Shown here in pieces: positions 55,305-64,000 of a stretch of DNA of 64,000 bases. A program made the translations under genes and the position numbers. Below the pieces are notes generated by a model. The model did no database searches, was not told where the DNA came from, and worked only from the letters and a program-made list of their open reading frames with translations. Source of the stretch: Alphaproteobacteria bacterium (lineage in GTDB: Bacteria; Pseudomonadota; Alphaproteobacteria; GCA-2731375). Every line of letters starts with the position of its first letter. Position 1 is the stretch's first letter. The stretch is taken from the NCBI GenBank assembly GCA_965232515.1, contig CBDDPY010000002.1:2432001-2496000 (forward strand). Reading direction: 5' to 3'.

Positions 55305-56191
55305 CCCGGCAACACCGGACCGTCGCCGACAATCGTCGTGCAGTGCATGATGCGCCGCACGTTAGCGGCGTCATACGGCATCACCGCGTGCATGGTGCAA
55401 CGGTTGTCCCACATGATCACGTCGTGCGGCCGCCATTTGTGGCGATAGACGAAGCGGTCCTGGGTCGCGAACGCGATCAGGTCGTCGAACAGCGCCCGCG
55501 CCTCGCCGTCGCCCATGCCCTCGATGCCGGCCATGGTGTGCGGGCTGATGAACAGCGAGCGCCGGTCGGTCACCGGATGCCGGCGGATCAGCGGATGGCT
55601 GGCCGCGTCGAGTTGCGTGAAATGGCTCTCGTCCGCCGGCGCCAGACCGTCGGTCAGGCTCATGACGTGGTCGTGGCTGTGCACCGCGCGCAGTCCCGCC
55701 AGCCGCGCCTGCAGTTCCGGCGGCAGGGCGTCGTACACCGCGTACATGTTGGCGAACAGCGTATCGCCGCCATCTGCCGGCACCTCGATGCCGTGCAGCA
55801 CCGAGCCCAGGCTCGGCACGGCGCGGAACGAGCTGTCGGTATGCCAGAGCCAGGTCAGGCTGAGATACTTCGCCGCCGGCTTGTCCGTCGCCAGTAGCCG
55901 GCCGGCCTCGTCGACGTTGGCGACCCGGTAGATCTCCGGATGCCGCGACGACCGGTGCTCGACAGAGGGATGGATCTCAAGCGCGCCGAAGTGTTTCGCG
56001 AACGCAATCTGCTCGGCATCGCTGATCGGCTGATCGGGAAAGATCAGCAGCGGGTGCTGCATCCAGATCTCACGGATGCGGTCGCAGATCGCGTCGTCCG
56101 CACGGGCCAAATCGACGCCGCCGACTTCCGTACCGATCAGCGGATGCCGCCGCGTGACGGTGATCTCCGAATCCTGCGCCGCGACCGACAT
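55301..56191 (-). CDS. TauD/TfdA family 2-oxoglutarate dioxygenase
   Basis: WHTDSSF (HxD), GGDTLFANM, HPLIRRHP, WDNRCTMH. Confidence 0.93.
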   Translation of the reverse strand: MSVAAQDSEITVTRRHPLIGTEVGGVDLARADDAICDRIREIWMQHPLLIFPDQPISDAEQIAFAKHFGALEIHPSVEHRSSRHPEIYRVANVDEAGRLLATDKPAAKYLSLTWLWHTDSSFRAVPSLGSVLHGIEVPADGGDTLFANMYAVYDALPPELQARLAGLRAVHSHDHVMSLTDGLAPADESHFTQLDAASHPLIRRHPVTDRRSLFISPHTMAGIEGMGDGEARALFDDLIAFATQDRFVYRHKWRPHDVIMWDNRCTMHAVMPYDAANVRRIMHCTTIVGDGPVLPG

Positions 56192-56330
56192 GACCCACCT
56201 CCCGTTCAACCCGCACTACGGCGTCATTGTGCCATCGCCGATGCGCCACCCCCAATCGGGATCGCTCTATGTCGTGATTGATGTTTCCGTGTCGGTCGGA
56301 CGGGATCTTGTCGACGGCAAGCCAACAGCA

Positions 56331-56386
56331 AAACACCCCCGCGCCAGCCCTCCCCTGGAAGAGAGAGGGTTGGCGCGGGGGTGTTT
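56331..56386 (-). terminator. 22-bp hairpin, probable intrinsic terminator of the Mo-hydroxylase operon
   Basis: AAACACCCCCGCGCCAGCCCTC / GAGGGTTGGCGCGGGGGTGTTT (one mismatch), with T-runs on both strands. Confidence 0.7.
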
Positions 56387-56418
56387 GTTTTCGGGCAAAG
56401 AGACCGAGCCTCGGCCGC

Positions 56419-56667
56419 TCACCCACCCCCGATCTTCGGCATGATGAAGATCTCGTTCGAGTCGTCGACCGATTCGAACATGGCGTCCTGATAGATCTCG
56501 CCGTCGATGGCTATGGCCATCGACTCGCGGATCTGCTCGCCCAGGCCCGGGTAGCGCTCGTCCAGCGCCTTGAGGAGCTGCCGGACATTGCTGCCCGGCA
56601 CCTCGATCTCGGTCTCGCCCGACGTGTAGACCTGGGCGAGCCCGCTGGTCAGCACGACCCGCGGCAT
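56419..56667 (-). CDS. MoaD/ThiS family ubiquitin-like protein
   Basis: 82 aa; LDERYPGL, IAIDGEIY, C-terminal IGGG. Confidence 0.88.
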   Translation of the reverse strand: MPRVVLTSGLAQVYTSGETEIEVPGSNVRQLLKALDERYPGLGEQIRESMAIAIDGEIYQDAMFESVDDSNEIFIMPKIGGG

Positions 56668-56678
56668 GGGCGCTCGGC

Positions 56679-58946
56679 TCAGCCGCCGTTGTCGATGGCG
56701 TCCAGCACCCGCGGCGGCGACATCGGCAGATCGGGCATACGCACGCCGACCGCGTTCTCGATGGCGTTCGCCACCGCCGCCATCGGCGGCACGATCGGCA
56801 CCTCGCCGACCCCGCGCACCCCGTAGGGATGCTTCGGATTCGGCACCTCGATCATCACCGCGTCGATCATCGGCATATCGGAGGCCACCGGCACCCGGTA
56901 GTCGAGGAAGCCCGGATTCTCCAGCTGGCCGTCCTCGTTGTAGATGTACTCCTCGTTCAGCGCCCAGCCGATGCCCTGCACGACGCCGCCCTGGATCTGC
57001 CCCTCGACATAGCTCGGGTGGATCGCCCGGCCGACATCCTGGACCGCCGTGTAGCGCAGGATCTTGACGTGGCCGGTCTCCTTGTCGACCTCGACGTCGC
57101 AGATATGCGTGGCGAAGCCAGGGCCCGCCCCTTGCGCGTTCAGCGCGCCGTGGCCGTTGATCGGCCCGCCGGTCTTGGGCGCCATGGCGGCGATCTCGGC
57201 GAGCGACATCGGCTCGAAGTCGCCGGCGTTGCTGCTGGCGGGGCGCGCGTGCCCGTCCTCCCAGACCACGGCGTCGACCGGGATGTCCCAGATCTTGGCC
57301 ACCCGCTCGCGCATGTCGCGGATCGCGTCGCGCGCCGCCTCGACCACGGCCATGCCGGTGGCGAAGGTGACGCGGCTGCCGCCGGTCAGGAAGGTGAAGC
57401 CGATCGAGCTGGTGTCGCCGACGATCGGCCGGATCTTCTCGACCTCGACGCCGAGTTCCTCCGCCGCCATCATGGCGAGCGAAGCGCGCGAGCCGCCGAT
57501 ATCCGGGTTGCCCGAGACCAGCACGGCGGTGCCGTCCTCGTTGATGTGCAGGTCGGCGCAGGATTCGCCGCCGATGTTGAACCAGAAGCCCGAGGCCACG
57601 CCCCGGCCCTGGTTCGGGCCCAGCGGCGCCGCATAATGCTCGTGCGCCTTCGCCGCCTGCACGGTCTCCAGCATGCCGATTTCCTGGTACTTCGGCCCAT
57701 AGGCGGCCTGGGTGCCCTGCTTCGCCGAATTCATCTCCCGCAGGTCGAGCGGATCGATGCGGAGCTTCTTCGCCAGTTCGTCGAGCGCGCTCTCGACCGC
57801 GAAGGCCGAGATCGGCGCGCCCGGCGCCCGGTACGCGGCGACCCGCGGCCGGTTCGTGGCGACGTCGAAGCCGATCACCCGGACGTTCTCGATCTCATAC
57901 GGCGCGTAGGCGGCCATGCAGCCCTGCTGCACCGGCGAGGCCGGGAAGGCGCCGCCCTGGAACTTCAGCACGGCTTCCGCGGCCGTGATCTTGCCCTCCT
58001 TCGTGGCGCCGATCTTGACCTCGACGGTACCGCCCGAGGTCGGCCCGGTGCCCCGGAACACCTCGTCGCGGGTCATCACCATTTTCACCGGCCGGCCCGA
58101 CTTGCGCGACAGCACGGCGGCCACCGGCTCGAGATAGATCACCGTCTTGCCGCCGAAGCCGCCGCCGATCTCGGCCGGCGTCACGCGGATCTGCGAGTTC
58201 TCGATGCCCAGGATCTTGGCCGTATAGGCGCGGACCATGAACTGGCCCTGGCTGCTCGACCAGATCTGGATCTGGCCGTCCTCGGCCACGTTCACCAGCG
58301 TCGCCTGGGGCTCGATATAGCCCTGGTGGATGGCCTGGGTCGAATACTTGCGCTCGACGATCTCGTCCGCTTGGGCGAATCCGTCCTCGACGTTGCCGAT
58401 ACCCAGATCGACGCGCTTGGCGACGTTCGACGGCTTCTCCGGCGCCGGCTTCACGCCCTTGGTAAACAGGTCGTCGTGCAGCAGCGGCGCGTCCGCCTCC
58501 ATGGCCGCCTCGACCTCGATGACGTGCGGCAGCACCTCGTACTCGACCTCGATCAGCGACAGCGCTTCCTCGGCGATCGACGCGCTGGTCGCGGCCACCG
58601 CGGCGACGGCATGGCCGTCATAGAGCGCCTTGCCGCGCGCCATGCAGTTATGCGCCATGTCCCGCATGTTCAGCGGGCCCTCGCCGATATAGGCCTCCTC
58701 CGGCGGGATCTCGGGCAGGTCGGCGGCGCTCGCCACCGCCTTCACGCCCGGAAGCGCCAGCGCCTTGTCGAAGTTGATCGACTTGATGCGGGCGTGCGCA
58801 TGCGGGCTGCGCAGTACCTTGCCGACCAGCATGCCGGGCAGCGAATAGTCCGCGCCGAAGCGGTCGCGGCCGGTGACCTTGCCGACGCCGTCGGGACGGA
58901 TCGGACGGTGACCGACGACTTTGAACGTTTTCGATTCGTTGCCCAT
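56679..58946 (-). CDS. Xanthine dehydrogenase family molybdopterin-binding subunit
   Basis: LRSPHAHARI, IGGGFGGK, AYRAPG loop, VEGQIQGG, RGVGEVP. Confidence 0.93.
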   Translation of the reverse strand: MGNESKTFKVVGHRPIRPDGVGKVTGRDRFGADYSLPGMLVGKVLRSPHAHARIKSINFDKALALPGVKAVASAADLPEIPPEEAYIGEGPLNMRDMAHNCMARGKALYDGHAVAAVAATSASIAEEALSLIEVEYEVLPHVIEVEAAMEADAPLLHDDLFTKGVKPAPEKPSNVAKRVDLGIGNVEDGFAQADEIVERKYSTQAIHQGYIEPQATLVNVAEDGQIQIWSSSQGQFMVRAYTAKILGIENSQIRVTPAEIGGGFGGKTVIYLEPVAAVLSRKSGRPVKMVMTRDEVFRGTGPTSGGTVEVKIGATKEGKITAAEAVLKFQGGAFPASPVQQGCMAAYAPYEIENVRVIGFDVATNRPRVAAYRAPGAPISAFAVESALDELAKKLRIDPLDLREMNSAKQGTQAAYGPKYQEIGMLETVQAAKAHEHYAAPLGPNQGRGVASGFWFNIGGESCADLHINEDGTAVLVSGNPDIGGSRASLAMMAAEELGVEVEKIRPIVGDTSSIGFTFLTGGSRVTFATGMAVVEAARDAIRDMRERVAKIWDIPVDAVVWEDGHARPASSNAGDFEPMSLAEIAAMAPKTGGPINGHGALNAQGAGPGFATHICDVEVDKETGHVKILRYTAVQDVGRAIHPSYVEGQIQGGVVQGIGWALNEEYIYNEDGQLENPGFLDYRVPVASDMPMIDAVMIEVPNPKHPYGVRGVGEVPIVPPMAAVANAIENAVGVRMPDLPMSPPRVLDAIDNGG

Positions 58947-58948
58947 GT

Positions 58949-59425
58949 TCAGGCTCCCCTCATCTCGGCGGCCGTATCCAGAACGGCGCGAATGATCTTG
59001 TCATAGCCGGTGCAGCGGCACAGGTTGCCGGCCAGCCAGTAGCGCACCTCGGTCTCGGTCGGGTCGGGATTGCGTTCCAGCAGATCCTTCGCCGCGACCA
59101 GGAAGCCCGGGGTGCAGATACCGCACTGTAATGCCGCATATTCGAGAAACTTTTGTTGCAGTGGATGCAGTTCCTCGCCCTTGGCCATGCCTTCGATGGT
59201 CTCGACCTCGCCGCCTTCGGCCTCGACGCCCAGCACCAGGCAGGCACAGACCAGGCGGCCGTTCAGCATCACGCTGCAGGCGCCGCAGTCGCCGGACGCG
59301 CAGCCTTCCTTGCTGCCCGTCAGATCCAGCTCGTCGCGCAGCACGTCCAGCAGGGTCTGCTGCGTCTCGCAGAGGAACTCGACGGCCTCGCCGTTGATCG
59401 TTGTCGTTACGTGGTTCTTCGCCAT
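58949..59425 (-). CDS. 2Fe-2S subunit (CoxS-like)
   Basis: GCASGDCGAC, QCGICTPG, NLCRCTGY. Confidence 0.95.
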   Translation of the reverse strand: MAKNHVTTTINGEAVEFLCETQQTLLDVLRDELDLTGSKEGCASGDCGACSVMLNGRLVCACLVLGVEAEGGEVETIEGMAKGEELHPLQQKFLEYAALQCGICTPGFLVAAKDLLERNPDPTETEVRYWLAGNLCRCTGYDKIIRAVLDTAAEMRGA

Positions 59426-59428
59426 CGG

Positions 59429-60298
59429 TTAGTTGCTCCTTGCCCGCTCGAGCGCGATCCCGGCCGCGCGCCGGGCCAGCACCCCGGCCACCTTGATGCG
59501 GTACTCGACGGTGCCGCGCTTGTCGTCGATCGGCTGACAGGCCGCCCGCGCCGCCGCGTCGAGCCGCGCCAGCGCGTTGTCGTCGACCGTGCTGCCGATC
59601 AACGCCTCGGCCGCCGCCGGCACCAGCCGCGCCGTCGGCGCCACGGCGCCCAAGGCGACGCGGGCGTCGCTGACCGTGCCGCTGTCATCGAGCGTCAGCC
59701 GCACGCCGGCGCCGACCACGGCGATGTCCATCTCGGTGCGCGGAATGAATCTCAGATACGCATCGCCCGTACGGGCCGGCCGTGCGGGCAGCCAGAAATC
59801 GACGATCATCTCGCCCTTGGCGAGCGACGTCTCGCGCGGGCCGGCGGGAATGTCCTCGACCGGCACCTCGCGCCGACCGTTCGGGCCGGCGACGGTGCAG
59901 ATCGCGCCGGCGGCGATCAGCGCCGGCACGCTGTCGGCGGCCGGCGAGGCGTTGCACAGATTGCCGCCCATCGAAGCCCGGCCCTGGATCTGGGTCGAGC
60001 CGATCAGCTCCGTCGCCTCGACCACGCCGGGCCACATGGCCTTGAGATCGGCATGCTCGCCGAGCTCGGCCCCGCTGACCGCGGCGCCGACCCGGAAACC
60101 GCCGTTATCGGGCCGGATGCTTGTCATCTCGTCGATATGCTTGATGTCGACCACCAGTCCGGGCTTGATCATCCCGGCGCGCAGTTGCACCAGCAGATCG
60201 GTGCCGCCCGCCAGCACGCGGGCGTCGCCATCGGCGTCGGCCAGCAGCTGCACCGCCGCGTCCACGGATTCTGGCGCTTCAAAGTGTATTGTGCTCAC
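59429..60298 (-). CDS. FAD-binding subunit (CoxM-like)
   Basis: LAGGTDL, GGNLCNASPAAD, PIDDKRGTVEYR. Confidence 0.95.
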   Translation of the reverse strand: MSTIHFEAPESVDAAVQLLADADGDARVLAGGTDLLVQLRAGMIKPGLVVDIKHIDEMTSIRPDNGGFRVGAAVSGAELGEHADLKAMWPGVVEATELIGSTQIQGRASMGGNLCNASPAADSVPALIAAGAICTVAGPNGRREVPVEDIPAGPRETSLAKGEMIVDFWLPARPARTGDAYLRFIPRTEMDIAVVGAGVRLTLDDSGTVSDARVALGAVAPTARLVPAAAEALIGSTVDDNALARLDAAARAACQPIDDKRGTVEYRIKVAGVLARRAAGIALERARSN

Positions 60299-60693
60299 GC
60301 TTCAATCCTTGCGTTCTGTGCCACCGCGCTGCAACGCTACAAACGGCGCGACGACGACCTCCGACCGGCGTTCAGACTGATTGACCGCGCGGCCACGACC
60401 TTCCCCGGGGCCATATCTTGGCGGCCGAATGGCCTTTCCGCAACTGCGCCCGCCGGCGGCCAGCGCCTCGGACAGCATTCACGCGCCAGATTTGGCATGC
60501 TCGGAGTTTGGGCAACGAAAGCCGCCGGTGGAAACCCGCCGGCGGCCAACCATCTCCATTATACAGGCTTGGTGCCTATCTTGGATAGTCACTCGAAAGA
60601 CGTTACTTAACGAACGCCGTCTGCCCTAACATGGCGGCCGGATTTTCAGCGGACGCGGGGTCCATCCTCGTCCGGCACGGAGGGAGAGGTTAC

Positions 60694-63024
60694 ATGGTCA
60701 AGTTTGGTATCGGTCAGTCCGTCACGCGACTCGAGGACACGCGGCTGCTGACCGGCGGGGGCAACTACACCGACGACATCGACCTGCCGAACGCGGCGCG
60801 GGCCTATATCCTGCGCGCGCCGGTGGCGCATGCGGCCATCGCGCAGCTCGACGCCGCGGAAGCGAAATCGGCTCCCGGTGTCCTCGCCGTACTGACCGGC
60901 GAGGACGTGGCGGCGGACGACCTCGGCCCGATCCCCTGCCTGGCGCCGGCCGAAAACCGCGACGGCAGCGCGCCCGGCCAGACGCCACGGCCGATCCTGG
61001 CCCAGGGCCGCGTTCGCCATGTCGGCGAGCCGGTGGCCCTGGTCGTCGCCGAAACGCTGGCCCAGGCCCGCGACGCCGCCGAGCTGATCGAGGTCGACTA
61101 CGACGAGCTGCCGGCCGTCAGCGACACCTTCGGCGCCACCGAAGATGGTTCGCCGCAGATCTACGACCACTTCGCAAACAACATCTGCTTCGACTGGGAG
61201 AGCGGCGACAAAGCCGCCACGGACGCTGCCTTCGCGAACGCCGCCCACGTGACCAAGCTCGACCTGGTCAACAACCGCCTGATCGTGAACTCCATGGAGC
61301 CGCGGCCGGTCGCCGCCGATTACGACGCCGCCAGCGACCGCTCGACGCTCTACAGCTCGACCCAGGGCGTGCACGTGATCCACGGTCAGATCGCCGAGAT
61401 GGTGCTGAAGATCGGCAAGGAAAAGCTGCGCTGCATCACCAACGATGTCGGCGGCGGCTTCGGCATGAAGATCTTCCTCTATCCCGAGCAATGCCTGGTG
61501 ACCTGGGCCTCGCGCAAGCTGAAACGGGCGGTGAAGTACCTGCCCGACCGCAGTGACGCCTTCATGGCCGACACCCAGGCGCGCGACAATGTCAGCCATG
61601 CCGAGCTGGCGATGGACGCCGACGGCCGGTTCCTGGGCATGCGCGTCACCACCTACGCCAGCATGGGCGCCTATCTCTCGAACTTCGGCCCGTTCATCCC
61701 GACCGGCGCCGGCACCTCCATGCTGGCCGGCCTTTACCGCAATCCGGCGATCTACGTGAACGTCAAGGGCGTCATCACCAACACGGTGCCGACCGATGCG
61801 TATCGGGGCGCCGGCCGGCCGGAAGCGGCCTATCTGGTCGAGCGGCTGGTCGACGCCGCGGCGCGCGAGCGCGGGCTGAGCCCCGACGAGATCCGCCGCC
61901 GCAATTTCATCCGGCCGGAAGACCTCCCCTACACCACGGCCTTCGAGGACGTCTATGACAGCGGCGACTTCACCGCCGTCATGGAAGAGTGCATGTCGAA
62001 GGCCGACTGGGCCGGCTTCGAGGCCCGGCGCGACGAGGCGGCGAAGCGCGGCAAGCTGCGCGGCATCGGCCTCGCCACCTACGTTGAGAAGTGCAGTGGC
62101 GGACCGGAAGAGACCGCCGTCGCCCAGTTCAATGACGACGACACCGTCACCATCTTCATGGGTAACCAGTCGAACGGCCAGGGTCATGAGACCGCCTATA
62201 AGCAGGTCCTGTCGCACCGGCTCGGGATCGATGTGGAGCAAATCGAGCTGGTTCAGGGCGATAGCGACCGGGTGCCGAACGGCATGACCGGCGGCTCGCG
62301 CGCGTTGCCCGTGGGCGGCGCCGCCATTCTCGGCGTCTCCGACAAGATCGAGGAGAAAGGCAAGCAGGTCGCCGCCATCGTCATGGAGACGGCCGCCGTC
62401 GACATCGAATTCGCCGACGGTGCGTTCAAGATCGCCGGCACCGACCGGACCATGACGATCTGGGAGGTGGCCAAGGCCGCCAAGGACCCGGCGAACCGGC
62501 CCGACGGCATGGAGGCGGGCCTCGACGACAGCTTCACCCGCGTGCCCGAGGCCTCGACCTTCCCGAACGGCTGCCATATCTGCGAGCTCGAGGTCGATCC
62601 CGACACCGGCATCACCCAGATCGAGCGCTATACCGTCGTGGACGACTTCGGCGACGCCGTGAACCCGCTGCTGCTGACCGGCCAGGTGCATGGCGGCATC
62701 GCCCAGGGCGTCGGCCAGGCCATGCTGGAGCACACGGTCTACGATTCCGACTCGGGCCAGCTGCTGACCGGCTCCTACATGGATTACACGATGCCGCGGG
62801 CCGACAACCTGCCCAACATCGACTTCTCCATGCACAACGTGCCCTGCACGACCAATCCGCTCGGCATCAAGGGCGCGGGCGAGGCCGGCGCCATCGGTGC
62901 GCCGCCGGCCGTGATCAACGCGCTGATCAACGCGGTCCATCCGGTCACCGGCGTCACCCATATCGACATGCCGGCGACGCCGCAAACGGTCTGGTCGCTG
63001 CTGCAGCAAGCCAAGGCGGCCTGA
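60694..63024 (+). CDS. Xanthine dehydrogenase family Mo-binding subunit (form II CoxL-like)
   Basis: GIGQSVTRLED, VGGGFGMK, AYRGAGRPEA, GQGHET, KGAGEAG. Confidence 0.93.
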   Translation: MVKFGIGQSVTRLEDTRLLTGGGNYTDDIDLPNAARAYILRAPVAHAAIAQLDAAEAKSAPGVLAVLTGEDVAADDLGPIPCLAPAENRDGSAPGQTPRPILAQGRVRHVGEPVALVVAETLAQARDAAELIEVDYDELPAVSDTFGATEDGSPQIYDHFANNICFDWESGDKAATDAAFANAAHVTKLDLVNNRLIVNSMEPRPVAADYDAASDRSTLYSSTQGVHVIHGQIAEMVLKIGKEKLRCITNDVGGGFGMKIFLYPEQCLVTWASRKLKRAVKYLPDRSDAFMADTQARDNVSHAELAMDADGRFLGMRVTTYASMGAYLSNFGPFIPTGAGTSMLAGLYRNPAIYVNVKGVITNTVPTDAYRGAGRPEAAYLVERLVDAAARERGLSPDEIRRRNFIRPEDLPYTTAFEDVYDSGDFTAVMEECMSKADWAGFEARRDEAAKRGKLRGIGLATYVEKCSGGPEETAVAQFNDDDTVTIFMGNQSNGQGHETAYKQVLSHRLGIDVEQIELVQGDSDRVPNGMTGGSRALPVGGAAILGVSDKIEEKGKQVAAIVMETAAVDIEFADGAFKIAGTDRTMTIWEVAKAAKDPANRPDGMEAGLDDSFTRVPEASTFPNGCHICELEVDPDTGITQIERYTVVDDFGDAVNPLLLTGQVHGGIAQGVGQAMLEHTVYDSDSGQLLTGSYMDYTMPRADNLPNIDFSMHNVPCTTNPLGIKGAGEAGAIGAPPAVINALINAVHPVTGVTHIDMPATPQTVWSLLQQAKAA

Positions 63025-63039
63025 TCCGCACGGGCGGGT

Positions 63040-64000
63040 CTGATCGATAATCGGGGGGACAGCCGGGCCGCGCCGCCGACGCCGGCCGGTACCATCGCCG
63101 TGGTCCTGGCCGCGACCACGGCGGTGCAGGCACTCGCCTCCATGGGCACGCTGTCGCTGGCGGCGGTCGCGCCGGAGGTCGGCGCCGCTTTCGCCCTCGA
63201 CCCGTCGCTGATCGGCTATCAGATCAGCCTGGTCTACGCCGGCGCCATGCTGTCGACGGTCTATATCGGGCCCTGGCTCGGCCGCTGGGGCTCGATCCGC
63301 ACCAGCCAGGTCGCGCTCTCGCTCTGCGCGCTCGGCTGCGCCATAGCGGCCGTGCCCTGGCTGCCGGGACTGGCACTGGGCTCGTTCGTCATCGGCCTCT
63401 GCTACGGCATGACCAACCCGGCAGCCGCACAACTGCTCGCCCGCATCGCCGCCCCCCGGCAGCGCAACCTGATCTTCTCCATCAAGCAGACCGGCGTGCC
63501 CATCGGCGGCGTCGCCAGCGGCCTCCTGGCGCCGCCTTTGGCGCTGGCCTATGGCTGGCAGGCGGTCCTCGGCCTGCTGATCGCCCTGTCGCTCGGCCTC
63601 GTTTTGCTGCTGCAGCCCATGCGCCGGCGCTGGGACACCGACCGCCAGCCGGGCGCGCGGCTCACCGGCGGCATCGCCGGCGGTCTCGACCTGGTCTGGC
63701 GCCTGCCGGCCGTGCGCTGGCTGTCGTCGGCCAGCTTCTGCTTCGCCGGCATTCAGCTCTGCCTGATGACCTACACGGTGACGCTGCTGGTGCGCGACGT
63801 CGGCATGCCGCTGATCCAGGCCGGTTACGTGCTCGCCGTGGTCCAGGTCATGGGCGTCGTCGGCCGAATTCTCTGGGGCTGGTGCGCCGACCGCATCGGC
63901 GACGGCAACCGCGTGCTGATGGGCCTGGGCCTCGCCATGGCGCTCGGCGCCGTCGGCGTCAGCCTGATCGAGGCCGGCTGGCCTCAGCCGGCGATCTATG
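63040..64000 (+). CDS. MFS transporter, 3' end truncated by window edge
   Basis: Manual translation: ...AVQALASMGTLSLAAVAPEV...RNLIFSIKQTGVPIGG...WGWCADRIG; frame open to window end; start uncertain (63040 or 63100). Confidence 0.85.
   Translation, partial: MIDNRGDSRAAPPTPAGTIAVVLAATTAVQALASMGTLSLAAVAPEVGAAFALDPSLIGYQISLVYAGAMLSTVYIGPWLGRWGSIRTSQVALSLCALGCAIAAVPWLPGLALGSFVIGLCYGMTNPAAAQLLARIAAPRQRNLIFSIKQTGVPIGGVASGLLAPPLALAYGWQAVLGLLIALSLGLVLLLQPMRRRWDTDRQPGARLTGGIAGGLDLVWRLPAVRWLSSASFCFAGIQLCLMTYTVTLLVRDVGMPLIQAGYVLAVVQVMGVVGRILWGWCADRIGDGNRVLMGLGLAMALGAVGVSLIEAGWPQPAIY

Noticed and set aside
60694-63024. Aerobic CO dehydrogenase call
   Set aside because: Active-site loops are AYRGAGR and AYRAPG, not form I AYxCSFR, and no cox accessory genes are present.

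Overview
A high-GC chromosomal window that looks alphaproteobacterial (gcrA, hspQ, a PleC/DivJ-like kinase, DUF1127; Rhodospirillales-like is my inference). I see no rRNA, tRNA, CRISPR array, prophage or transposase. The genes are mostly catabolic, transport and signalling: a MarR-linked NicX-like/hydrolase/acyl-CoA dehydrogenase/CoA-ligase operon, a beta-oxidation-type cluster with a LiuR-like box, tandem double-hotdog genes upstream of sua5, an RND pump, a thiol dioxygenase plus 4-domain rhodanese, gcrA, an EAL gene split by one in-frame TAG, glutaminase, a cNMP-domain Na+/H+ antiporter, an adenylate cyclase, an Urt/Liv-type ABC system with a plant-type nicotinamidase, and two divergent molybdenum hydroxylase loci. 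The most novel-looking region is 37.5-38.7 kb: a cluster of tiny membrane peptides. Two are ungapped putative paralogues of 34 and 35 aa, one behind a perfect CRP-type box and the other behind a full sigma54 promoter layout (UAS, IHF site, -24/-12). Other signals: a LysR promoter layout repeated 29 kb apart, three CRP-like boxes, two YjbE/GfcA-like Thr-tailed proteins around gcrA, an AT-rich gene bounded by palindromic elements, and four unrelated palindromic repeat types. All family calls come from motif recognition by eye; no database searches were run.
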